From the NCBI GenBank assembly GCA_031400935.1, contig JANNQV010000067.1:1-17793 (forward strand): a stretch of 17,793 bases of DNA, given 5' to 3'. Both the position numbers and the translations under genes were made by a program. Source of the stretch: Armatimonadota bacterium (GTDB taxonomy: Bacteria > Armatimonadota > Fimbriimonadia > Fimbriimonadales > Fimbriimonadaceae). Positions 1-8,384 of this stretch are shown here, one piece after another. The notes under the pieces are model-generated. The model did not search any database. It was not told the DNA's origin and worked only from the letters and a program-made list of their open reading frames with translations. How positions within the stretch are numbered: position 1 is the stretch's first letter; the number at the start of each line of letters is the position of its first letter.

Positions 1-8
1 CGCGGCTC

Positions 9-356
9 TCAAAGTTCGCCAGTTTCGCGATTTAAAAGGATGCCTGTTATTGAAGCGCTGAAATCAGGAAGGACGTTCGTTACAGTATCCCAAACGATGT
101 CGAGCTTCACACCAAAATAGTGATGAATGAGCTTGTCTCTCATTCCCGCGATTTTGGTCCATTCGATTTCAGCATGCATTACTTTAAGGCTGGAAGAGAG
201 GTTCTTCACAGCTTCGCCAATGACTTCGAAATTTCGAATGACAGCGTCCTGAGTCTTGTCGTCGGCATCGAATGCGGCTTTGCCGTCTGCGGTAAACCGC
301 TCGATTTTCTCGATGGCATCGAGGATGTGCCGAAGATAGACGTCGTCAGAATTCAA
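9..356 (-). CDS. hepT: HEPN-domain RNase toxin (DUF86/HepT family)
   Basis: 115 aa with the R-X4-H-X-Y motif (RDKLIHHY) and the typical DAVIRNFEVIGEA and IVWDTV segments. Its TTG start overlaps the stop of the upstream nucleotidyltransferase (353-356). Confidence 0.92.
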   Translation of the reverse strand: MNSDDVYLRHILDAIEKIERFTADGKAAFDADDKTQDAVIRNFEVIGEAVKNLSSSLKVMHAEIEWTKIAGMRDKLIHHYFGVKLDIVWDTVTNVLPDFSASITGILLNRETGEL

Positions 357-643
357 ATGGCGATTGCCTCTGAGAGGATCTTCGGTTCGATATAAGGGCT
401 GATTCCTCCGTCAACGACCACGTCGACCTTTCGCCCAACCAGTTTCGTCAGGTCCTGCTCCAGGCCGACGAGGTCAAGGAGCGTTCTGCCTCGCTCAAGG
501 GAAACCAGAATATCAATGTCGCTATCGGCTCGATCCTCGCCCCGAGCGGCGGAACCGAAAACGCGGATATTGTCCGCCCCGTAGTGTCGAGCCACAGCAA
601 CAATTTTCGGCTTAAGCTGAGCCAAAAGTTCGACAGTTTTCAT
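353..643 (-). CDS. mntA: Minimal nucleotidyltransferase antitoxin (MntA family)
   Basis: 96 aa with GS-X10-DXD (FGSAARGEDRADSDIDIL) and GRKVDVV; translationally coupled to the HEPN gene. Confidence 0.92.
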   Translation of the reverse strand: MKTVELLAQLKPKIVAVARHYGADNIRVFGSAARGEDRADSDIDILVSLERGRTLLDLVGLEQDLTKLVGRKVDVVVDGGISPYIEPKILSEAIAI

Positions 644-649
644 TGCTCT

Positions 650-655
650 ATTGTA
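650..655 (-). promoter_or_regulatory. -10 box (TACAAT) of a probable leaderless mntA-hepT transcript
   Basis: Minus strand reads TACAAT-AGAGCA-ATG, 6 nt between hexamer and start codon, with no SD. Confidence 0.6.
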
Positions 656-686
656 GCACTGAGCCGAAGGAATCCCTTCGTTGTGC

Positions 687-1889
687 CTAGCTATGCACTC
701 TCAGATTCATCATGATCGAGCCGTTCACCGCGCTCACATCTAGACTCCCAGTTCCATCTCCCAAGCGGCCTGAAACGTGCATCTCGCTCGTGCTTACATC
801 TTCAAGCTCGAGAGGGCATGTCACATGGCCACGGAGAGTCGAAAGGGTGACGCGGCAATCGCAGCCGTCTGGCACTGCCAGAGTAGTTGAGCCATTTACG
901 GTTCGAATGCTCGTTGAACCTGTAACGGGTTCAATTAGGTCAACCGAAACATCGCCTGAAACCGATTCCACGCTTAGGCTTTTGCCAGAACATTCAGCAA
1001 GAGTGAGGTCGCCTGAGGCTGTGCGAATATTCATGTTTCCAGCAACTTTCATTAGCGAAACATTGCCCGATTTGTTCTCCAGAGTGAGCGTTGGAGTCGT
1101 TACGTTTTCAACAAACACGCTTCCACTTTGCGACGAAATCTCGACTGCACCATTGACCGCCGCAACCCGGATGTTGCCAGAGTTCGCGGTCACTTTGCAG
1201 TTGCCCGAAATCTCATTTGCCAATAGGTCGCCGCTCCAGGTTCGTGCGTCAACATGAACTCCTGCCGGGATTGATATATCGAGGTCAACGTGAATTCCGG
1301 AGCTATCGGGCTGGCGAATCATGACAATATGGTCGGATTCTTCAACAACGATTGTATAGTCAGCGGCCCGCCTTTTTGCTTCTTCAGCATCAATTCCGTG
1401 GACTTTGGCTACGGCCTTAATCAGTCCAGAATCATGTCCGCCAGTTATACGAATATCTCCGATTGGATTCTCAATTTTGAGCGTTTGACCAGCGGAAAGT
1501 TTGAGTGGCATTTCGATGGTTCGGACTTCTTTTGCAGAAAAGAGATCGAAGTTGAACTTGCCGTCTTTCTTAATCTTGTCAATTCCTTCCTTCAGGCTGT
1601 CAAAGCCCTTTTGAGCGCCAGTGCGGACTTGGCGAGCAACATCTTGCCAATTGACCGACTCGCTCACCTCCTTTCCGATGCCTTCGACGTAGCCGATGAA
1701 GTTCTTGAAAGGATCTTTATCTGTTGAAGTTTCAGCTTCGTCAGATGGCGGAGGCGGGGGCGATTGGCCAGTATCCGAATCCGTTTCCTCGTCTGAAGAA
1801 TTGAATGCGTCAATCAGTTCAGCAGCGTCTTCTGGGCTCAATTTGCCATCTTGAACTAGCTGCATGATTCTTCGTATCTCGTCTTTCAC
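687..1889 (-). CDS. DUF4097 beta-strand repeat (adhesin-like) protein with N-terminal SHOCT-like domain (YvlB/LiaX-like)
   Basis: N-terminus MKDEIRRIMQLVQDGKLSPEDAAELIDA is SHOCT-like, followed by an acidic/Pro linker and repeated xxSGxIxx beta motifs (TWSGDL, ANSGNI, SQSGSV, NKSGNV, TASGDL, SVSGDV, TVNGST, AVNGSI). GTG start with GGAGG upstream. Confidence 0.85.
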   Translation of the reverse strand: MKDEIRRIMQLVQDGKLSPEDAAELIDAFNSSDEETDSDTGQSPPPPPSDEAETSTDKDPFKNFIGYVEGIGKEVSESVNWQDVARQVRTGAQKGFDSLKEGIDKIKKDGKFNFDLFSAKEVRTIEMPLKLSAGQTLKIENPIGDIRITGGHDSGLIKAVAKVHGIDAEEAKRRAADYTIVVEESDHIVMIRQPDSSGIHVDLDISIPAGVHVDARTWSGDLLANEISGNCKVTANSGNIRVAAVNGAVEISSQSGSVFVENVTTPTLTLENKSGNVSLMKVAGNMNIRTASGDLTLAECSGKSLSVESVSGDVSVDLIEPVTGSTSIRTVNGSTTLAVPDGCDCRVTLSTLRGHVTCPLELEDVSTSEMHVSGRLGDGTGSLDVSAVNGSIMMNLRVHS

Positions 1890-1892
1890 CGG

Positions 1893-2300
1893 TTATGCTC
1901 CTCCGCGAATCTTTGTCTTTGCCTCTTCAGCAGTGATCTCGCCTTTCTCTAATTGATCCAAAATCTTGCGCCGTTTTTCGGCTTCCTTCGACTTGTCTCT
2001 GGGTTTTCCGCCGTCTTTGATCGGGGTTATATCAAGGGCAACCAAAAGGTTTTCGAGTCTCCCCCGAACGGTTGGATAACTGATTCCCAGTTCCTTTTCC
2101 ATTGCGTTCAGCATGCCTCGGCATCTTAGAAAGAGGTCGAGGAACTTGGCGTTTTCCTTGTCAAGCTTTGAATAGCGCGGAACAGCGAATTTGCCTCGGA
2201 TCGTAACTCCGCTTTCCTCGCTCGTGAGCTCGCTCACATACAAATCTGAACCCGAAACTGGGTCTTTGTACGGCAGGTCGTGATATTTCTGCTTGCTCAT
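1893..2300 (-). CDS. DUF2089 family protein (HTH plus C-terminal SHOCT-like)
   Basis: Motifs RGKF, FLDLFLRCRGMLNAMEKELGISYPTVRGRLE and ILDQLEKGEITAEEA. Start moved to the ATG at 2300 (MSKQKY), which has a TATAAC hexamer 7 nt upstream. Confidence 0.85.
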   Translation of the reverse strand: MSKQKYHDLPYKDPVSGSDLYVSELTSEESGVTIRGKFAVPRYSKLDKENAKFLDLFLRCRGMLNAMEKELGISYPTVRGRLENLLVALDITPIKDGGKPRDKSKEAEKRRKILDQLEKGEITAEEAKTKIRGGA

Positions 2301-2449
2301 TGTGTTTGTTATACCGAGGATATCGGCTCTGCGTTTCAATTTTATTGAAGTCCTAGTAAGTTTTTTCCGGCATATCAAGTGGACCCAGGTGCGAAATCAA
2401 ATTTGAAAATTGCAGAAAAGCGAGGTCAAGCCCGCGCACTCCCAAACGG

Positions 2450-2455
2450 TACAAT
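2450..2455 (+). promoter_or_regulatory. -10 box (TACAAT) of a probable leaderless carboxypeptidase mRNA
   Basis: TACAAT-TCTTTTC-ATG, 7 nt spacing, no SD. Confidence 0.6.
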
Positions 2456-2462
2456 TCTTTTC

Positions 2463-3971
2463 ATGTCAGCAACCGTTTCAACCGACTCAGCCGTCGCCAA
2501 ACTTCGCCAGCGAGCCTATCAAATCAACGCCGTATCCATGGCAATTGGGCTTATGGATTGGGATCAGCAGTGCTACATGCCGCCTGGAGGTGCCGATGCC
2601 CGAGCAGAGCACATTGGCATTCTTTCGCAAATGAAGTTCGATTTAGAAACCGCCGACGAAACGGGACGGCTCATTGAGAATGCAGAGAGAGAAGCAGCCC
2701 CCAATTCTGAAGATGCTGCCATGGTTCGGGTTATGAAACGAAGTTACAACCTTGCGACCAAGCTTCCTCCCACGCTTACAGCGGAAAAGAATCGCCTGGG
2801 CGCATTGGCACATGAAGAGTGGGTGAAGGCGAGAAAGAACAACGACTTTGCAACTTTTGCCCCTTGGCTCGAGAAAATGTTCGATCTCACTCGCCAAGAA
2901 GCTGAATGCTACGGTTACACGAATCACATTTACGACGCGCTGATTGACCTTTACGAAGAAGGCGCGACGGAAGCAGATTGCAGGCGAATGTACGACACGT
3001 TGAAGGCATCGAACGTGGATTTGATCAAAGCGATCGGAGAAAGCCCGATCAAACCAGACGACTCAAAACTTTATGGAACTTGGGACGAATCAAAGCAGCG
3101 GGCATTTACTGAAATGATCGTTAAGGAAATTGGCTTTGACATGACGAACGGACGTCAGGACACCGCTCCGCATCCATTTTGTGCAAATTTTTCTACTACA
3201 GATGTGCGGTTGACCACTAGATTTAAGGACTACATTGGCTCCGCCATTTTTGGCTCGCTTCATGAGGCCGGTCACGGAATGTATGAGCAGGGAAGCCCAA
3301 AGAAATGGGACAGATCGCCACTTGCTGGGGGCGTTTCGCTTGGAATTCATGAGAGCCAATCCCGAACTTGGGAGAACATTGTAGGAAGGTCTAAGGCATT
3401 TTGGAGCCGATTTTTACCTCGATTGCAAGAGCATTTTCCTTCATTATCAGACTTTGATCTGAACACATGGTATTCAGCGATCAATAAAGTTCAGCCTTCG
3501 TTCATTCGTGTGGAGGCCGATGAAGTCACTTATAACATGCACACGCTCGTGCGATTTGAAATCGAGTGCGATGTGCTTAGCGGGAAGATGAGCATCAAGG
3601 ACATTCCAGGTGCGTGGAACGCCAAATACAAAGAATATTTGGGAGTAACCCCTGAGACTGACTCGGTCGGTTGTTTGCAAGACGTTCATTGGTCAGCGGG
3701 ATTGATTGGCTACTTTCCGACGTATTCAATGGGTAACTGCCTCAGCTACCAGTTCTGGAATTGCTTAACTCGCGATTTGGGTGACGTGGATGCAATGATG
3801 GCGGCTGGCAATTTTGCCCCGATTCTTAACTGGCTAAGAGAGAATATCTACCAACATGGTTGTCGCTATCAGCCAAAGGAGTTGGTGCAAATCGTATCTG
3901 GTAAGCCAATTGGCGCAGAAGACTATCTTGAGGGGCTCAAGGCAAAGTATTCTGAGATTTATGCCTTGTAA
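2463..3971 (+). CDS. Carboxypeptidase, peptidase family M32 (carboxypeptidase Taq-like)
   Basis: HEXXH (HEAGHGMYEQG), HPF, HESQSRTWEN, IRVEADEVTYNMH, GCLQDVHW and GYFPTYSMG motifs. Start placed at ATG 2463. Confidence 0.96.
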   Translation: MSATVSTDSAVAKLRQRAYQINAVSMAIGLMDWDQQCYMPPGGADARAEHIGILSQMKFDLETADETGRLIENAEREAAPNSEDAAMVRVMKRSYNLATKLPPTLTAEKNRLGALAHEEWVKARKNNDFATFAPWLEKMFDLTRQEAECYGYTNHIYDALIDLYEEGATEADCRRMYDTLKASNVDLIKAIGESPIKPDDSKLYGTWDESKQRAFTEMIVKEIGFDMTNGRQDTAPHPFCANFSTTDVRLTTRFKDYIGSAIFGSLHEAGHGMYEQGSPKKWDRSPLAGGVSLGIHESQSRTWENIVGRSKAFWSRFLPRLQEHFPSLSDFDLNTWYSAINKVQPSFIRVEADEVTYNMHTLVRFEIECDVLSGKMSIKDIPGAWNAKYKEYLGVTPETDSVGCLQDVHWSAGLIGYFPTYSMGNCLSYQFWNCLTRDLGDVDAMMAAGNFAPILNWLRENIYQHGCRYQPKELVQIVSGKPIGAEDYLEGLKAKYSEIYAL

Positions 3972-4007
3972 TCTCTGGCAAATGATCCATTCAGGGAGAT
4001 TCGTAAT

Positions 4008-5021
4008 TTGAAAGTTCTCGTCATTCGACGCGGTGCTTTGGGAGACGTTATTCATGTTTCCGCTTGCTTTGACCAGGTGAAGGCTCAGCGTCCTGATGTC
4101 GAGATTCATGTCTTAACGGACCGAAGTTGCTTTCCACTTTTGGAAGGAATGAAGTCAGTTGACAAAATCCATGAGTGGCCGAGAAACAGCGATCCAATCG
4201 GATATGTGGCAACTCTAACTGCAGCTCGAAGAATCAAAGCCGAGCAAGTAGATTTGATTGTTAATTTGATGCCAGCTGTCAAGTCCAGGTTGATCGCGTG
4301 GTTTTGCAAAGTGCCTTCAGTAACGCTTAAAAAGCAGCGAAATTCTTCACGCGGTTTGGCATTGCGAAATTCTCCAATTCTTCACGTTGCTGAAGAGTAT
4401 TACGAAACCTTTCAACGCGGGATTGGCCTTATGCCATTGACTCGCGAAAAATTAGTTCCTCTGATTCAAGGTTCGTCAGACAGTGAAGAACAACAATCGC
4501 AAAAGAAAAGAATTGGCTTGGTACTTGGCGTGGGAACTAGAAGACAAAACAAAGCTTGGCCCCTTGAAAATTTTGCTGAACTTGCTAACAAGTTACTAAG
4601 TAATTCTGATTGCGATATTGTGTTGATCGGAAGTGCTGAAGAGGCAACACTTGCCGAGCAGATGCCAAGCGACGAGCGCATTCACAATCGAATTGGCGTT
4701 TCACTCACAGAAACAATGCAAGAACTCGAGAGTTGCACCATTGTCATTGGTGCAGACACTGGGCCAATGCATATTGCCACGGCTTTAGGCGTGGCAGTCG
4801 TGATGTGCTTTGGCCCAACCTCTTCGATTCGGACAGGACCGTTGGGAAAAGGTGTAGTGCTCGTTCCCCCGAGTTCAATGGAATGTTGGCCTTGCGAACT
4901 TCGAAACTGTCCATTGCACGGGAACGAGTTTCGGCAATGCATGCGTGAAATCTCAGTTAACGAAGCATTGGAAGCGTGCCGCTCGCTACTTGAACCGGCA
5001 ATAGTTCACGAAACTGCTTGA
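4008..5021 (+). CDS. Glycosyltransferase family 9 (ADP-heptose:LPS heptosyltransferase-like)
   Basis: MKVLVIRRGALGDV, NKAWP, DTGPMHIATALG, FGPT and a C-terminal CxPC-x4-CP-x7-C cluster. TTG start with AGGGAG upstream. Confidence 0.92.
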   Translation: MKVLVIRRGALGDVIHVSACFDQVKAQRPDVEIHVLTDRSCFPLLEGMKSVDKIHEWPRNSDPIGYVATLTAARRIKAEQVDLIVNLMPAVKSRLIAWFCKVPSVTLKKQRNSSRGLALRNSPILHVAEEYYETFQRGIGLMPLTREKLVPLIQGSSDSEEQQSQKKRIGLVLGVGTRRQNKAWPLENFAELANKLLSNSDCDIVLIGSAEEATLAEQMPSDERIHNRIGVSLTETMQELESCTIVIGADTGPMHIATALGVAVVMCFGPTSSIRTGPLGKGVVLVPPSSMECWPCELRNCPLHGNEFRQCMREISVNEALEACRSLLEPAIVHETA

Positions 5022-5114
5022 ATTCCAGACCACGAGCGTTGACGCAATGTTATTGCGAACTTCCCCTTTTGCAGAAATGGTCATATTTCAAATGAAGGGC
5101 TAAACTTAGACAAC

Positions 5115-6374
5115 ATGAACCGCAAGCGCTTTCAATTGGGAGTTGGGATCTTAGTAGTTCTCATTTCAACGACCCTTGGGCTGGCATATTGGCAAGAAGT
5201 CAAGTCAATGGACGCCCTTGAAGAACAATTCCGATTAGCGAGGGCAGAGAGAATACCGACCAACGCACTCGAATTTGCTGCGCTGATTCAAACCGCAGAT
5301 CTGTCGCACAATGCCGCATCATACTATCGAGATTTCAATTTCCACCGAATGCGAAAGGGCGATTCCGCTGTAATTGCGTCCGACCTTATCTTTGAAAGAA
5401 GTGCCGAAAACCTGCAGCAGGCAGAAACATATCTAGCTACAAGCAGTATGGCCCTCCAAATTCTCGACGAAGCCGTAAATTTGCCGCGATGTTGGTTCAA
5501 CCGGGATTGGGCTCAAGGTGTGGCTGTTATCTTGCCGGAATATTCGCAAATGAAAGAAGCAGCCAAATTGCTGGCGTTACGGGGTTCGGTTGCTGCTTCA
5601 AGCGGAGATTGTGAAACTGCAATAGACAATGTGCAGAAGATGTTTGTGATCGCAAAACATGCTCGAGAAGAACCCATTGCAATTGGTGCGCTTGTCAGCG
5701 AGTCGATAGAAAGCATTGGAATCAAGCATCTTGCTTATTGGTCGTTCACGGATCGAGATCAGCCTGAATACGCTGCTGCACTGAAAGTGGCGATCGATCG
5801 GATGAGTCGCCCAAACCTGAAACGTGAGTACAGCGGTGAGTTATTCGTGTACTTGTCTGCGATAGATTTATCTTCAGATCCGTCATCCGCTCATACACTT
5901 GGATTCAGAGACGATGCAATCGGCATGCAAGAGAAACTCGTTGCGTTCTTCAAAAACAAGAGTGCTGCTCGAGCTTCGGTTATCAAGGCTCAGCGAGCCT
6001 TTTTTGCGGCTTTGGACAAGCCTCCGAAGGAACGGGAGAAAGCTTTTGACGCAGCGGCATTTGAGCGTAATTCGGCACTAATTGCATTTCCGGCCGCATT
6101 GAGATTGTATTCTGAAAGCGGAGATTCATACGATTCGGTTGCGATGCGTGAACCTAATTGGCAAGCCAAACGCCAGCAGTACATTGCACTATGGAGGGCA
6201 CTTAAAAGCAAGAAAATTCAAACGACCATCGAAACCGAAGACCTATTAAGCCCATTTGACGTCAAACCGCTTAGTTACAAATTCGACGGAAAGCAGATAA
6301 CTATCCAAGTCAGCCGATATGAGAAATCAGGCGATTCGAAGGCTCTAAAGGTTCCGCCACGACTGAATCCGTAG
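5115..6374 (+). CDS. Hypothetical protein with an N-terminal membrane anchor, mostly helical
   Basis: 419-aa ORF; basic N-terminus then a hydrophobic helix (GVGILVVLISTTLGLAYW). No catalytic motif recognised. TAAACT lies 8 nt upstream of the ATG. Confidence 0.8.
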   Translation: MNRKRFQLGVGILVVLISTTLGLAYWQEVKSMDALEEQFRLARAERIPTNALEFAALIQTADLSHNAASYYRDFNFHRMRKGDSAVIASDLIFERSAENLQQAETYLATSSMALQILDEAVNLPRCWFNRDWAQGVAVILPEYSQMKEAAKLLALRGSVAASSGDCETAIDNVQKMFVIAKHAREEPIAIGALVSESIESIGIKHLAYWSFTDRDQPEYAAALKVAIDRMSRPNLKREYSGELFVYLSAIDLSSDPSSAHTLGFRDDAIGMQEKLVAFFKNKSAARASVIKAQRAFFAALDKPPKEREKAFDAAAFERNSALIAFPAALRLYSESGDSYDSVAMREPNWQAKRQQYIALWRALKSKKIQTTIETEDLLSPFDVKPLSYKFDGKQITIQVSRYEKSGDSKALKVPPRLNP

Positions 6375-6588
6375 TTCAAGGCATGCCCATTGATACATGA
6401 ATTAAATCTGTGATGATGGGGCGTTTTTGTCAATGTCACAAAGTCAAGTTGGATTTATTTTCGATTGACCAATTCATTCTAAAAATTTTTCTCGAATTTT
6501 CCGAACGATTCCATTTTCGATCCCGTCTACTTTGCAGAGGCACCGCACGGGATCCTGAAAAGAATCATGTAGGTCTCGAATTAGATAA

Positions 6589-6638
6589 CTTTACGAGTAG
6601 CTAACTATTGGTGTTAGTTACGCTCGTAAGGTTTTTTT
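6589..6638 (+). terminator. Intrinsic terminator-like long hairpin with U-tract
   Basis: CTTTACGAG-TAGCTAAC (6589-6605) pairs with GTTAGTTA-cg-CTCGTAAGG (6613-6631), followed directly by T7 (6632-6638). Confidence 0.65.
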
Positions 6639-6787
6639 ATTTGTCGAGAATGACGCAATTGTTAGCGTCGAATACGATTGTTAGCCAACGCTAAAACAGC
6701 ACTTTTTAGGTTCAATCATAAGAAAATTGCACTTTTATTAAAATTTTCTGAACAATTTTAGCGGCGTATCGTTCTTCATCATTGAAC

Positions 6788-7009
6788 ATGAAGAATCAAC
6801 AAACAAACCGACTATTACCTTGTCTCGCTTTAGTTACGTTACCGGTACTTGCATTCGGATATATTGACGGCGCAACAGGCAGCATGTTAATGCAAGCCGC
6901 AGTTTCCGGAATATTGGGACTGATGTTTGTAGGAAGAACGCTTTTCACGAATTTATTCCGCGGGAAAAAGAACGATTCAGCTGTTGAATGCGAATCAACC
7001 CAGCAATGA
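6788..7009 (+). CDS. Small membrane protein with signal-peptide-like N-terminus and YID(P/G)xTGS motif
   Basis: 73 aa from ATG 6788: hydrophobic leader ending LAFG, then YIDGATGSMLMQAAVSG, a TM helix and a basic tail. Its stop overlaps the next start (ATGA, 7006-7009). Confidence 0.8.
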   Translation: MKNQQTNRLLPCLALVTLPVLAFGYIDGATGSMLMQAAVSGILGLMFVGRTLFTNLFRGKKNDSAVECESTQQ

Positions 7010-8382
7010 CCGCAACGCGAGAACCCTCTTCATTTCGAGACCCAGACGGCTTCGTCTTTTTTGAAGATGGTTTACCATTTCGGGTCGTAAAATCTTCCTT
7101 CCAAGAAGACTTTGATGCAATCAAAACGTCTGGCCTTTGGCAATCATTGCAAGGGCAAGGCGATCTGATTGATCATGAGGAAGTCAGGTTTTCAGAAGCA
7201 GAGTTTCCGGGTGCCATTGCGGTTCTGAAACCGGAAAAAGTCCCCTTCATTTCCTATCCCTACGAATGGGGTTTTTCCCAGTTGAAGGATGCCGCGCTGC
7301 AAACGCTCAAAGTTCAGCGCAAATCTATTGCACTCGGAATGAGTCTCAAGGATGCTTCGGCATTCAATGTTCAATTTGTTGATGGCAAGCCAGTGCACAT
7401 TGATTCGCTATCTTTTGAAATCTATCGAGAAGGCGATCCTTGGCAAGCTTACGGCCAATTTTGCCGCCACTTTCTAGCTCCATTGGCATTGGCAGCCGCT
7501 GGACATATTGACAGCCAACGCCTTTCGATGGCGTTTATTGATGGCATTCCTCTAGATCTGGCGGTCAGCTTGATTCCGCTCCACAAGCGACTGAAACCAG
7601 GGCTGATGATTCACCTTCAGGCTCATGCAAAATCGCTTGCTTCCGCAAGTGCTGGTGCCAGTTCCGGTCAAAAGGGCAAAGTATCCAAGGTCGGAATGCT
7701 GGGGCTCATTGACAGCCTGAGGGGCACTATCGCCTCCCTCCAATTGCGTCGAGAGCGCACCAAGTGGTCCGACTATTACACCGACACGAACTATTCAAAG
7801 CGTGCCATGGAATCGAAATGCGAGTTAGTTGGGCAAATGCTGGACCAGATTCAGCCGAAAACTGTATGGGACATCGGTGCAAACACTGGCGAATTCAGCA
7901 AACTTGCCAGCGACCGAGGAGCATCGGTGATTGCTTGGGATATGGATGCGGCTTGCGTGCATCGGCATTATGAACATCTGAAGCTTGAAAAATCGGTGAA
8001 AATTCTTCCTCTGGTAAACGACATTTGCGCGCCGTCGCCTGCTATTGGCTGGAACTTGGCGGAAAGAAAGTCGTTTTTTGATCGTGCTGATGCGGATACC
8101 GTAATGGCGCTAGCGCTAGTCCATCATCTCGCAATTACCAACAACGTTCCGCTTCCAATGATTTCTGAGACTTTCAGCCGACTTGCACCGAATTTGATCA
8201 TTGAATTCGTGCCGAAATCTGACTCGCAAGTCCAAAGAATGCTCAGTTCTCGTGAAGACATTTTTTACAAATATAACGAGGAAGAATTCGAAGCTGCATT
8301 CGGCAAGGAATTTGAACTGATTCAAAGCGTGCCAGTTGCAGACTCGAAGAGGACTCTCTACCACTTTCGTAGGCGGGAATAG
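7006..8382 (+). CDS. NoeA-like protein: N-terminal kinase-like domain plus C-terminal class I SAM-dependent methyltransferase
   Basis: SFRDPDG and FISYPYEW N-terminal motifs recalled from the NoeA-like family; LKDASAFN...HIDSLSF; SAM motif I VWDIGANTGEFS, then AWDMD and LALVHHL. Start at the ATG 7006 coupled to the upstream stop. Confidence 0.85.
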   Translation: MTATREPSSFRDPDGFVFFEDGLPFRVVKSSFQEDFDAIKTSGLWQSLQGQGDLIDHEEVRFSEAEFPGAIAVLKPEKVPFISYPYEWGFSQLKDAALQTLKVQRKSIALGMSLKDASAFNVQFVDGKPVHIDSLSFEIYREGDPWQAYGQFCRHFLAPLALAAAGHIDSQRLSMAFIDGIPLDLAVSLIPLHKRLKPGLMIHLQAHAKSLASASAGASSGQKGKVSKVGMLGLIDSLRGTIASLQLRRERTKWSDYYTDTNYSKRAMESKCELVGQMLDQIQPKTVWDIGANTGEFSKLASDRGASVIAWDMDAACVHRHYEHLKLEKSVKILPLVNDICAPSPAIGWNLAERKSFFDRADADTVMALALVHHLAITNNVPLPMISETFSRLAPNLIIEFVPKSDSQVQRMLSSREDIFYKYNEEEFEAAFGKEFELIQSVPVADSKRTLYHFRRRE

Positions 8383-8384
8383 TT

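Noticed and set aside
712..1727. Plus-strand ORFs of 181 aa and 145 aa
   Set aside because: Antisense shadows of the DUF4097 gene.
2379..2462. N-terminal extension of the M32 ORF (likewise 2301-2378 for DUF2089, 6988-7005 and 10516-10617)
   Set aside because: Family similarity begins at the downstream ATGs, which have -10 boxes or stop/start overlaps.
6410..6604. 64-aa ORF as a leader peptide
   Set aside because: GTG start without SD and no amino-acid bias or recognisable motif. Not excluded, but unsupported.
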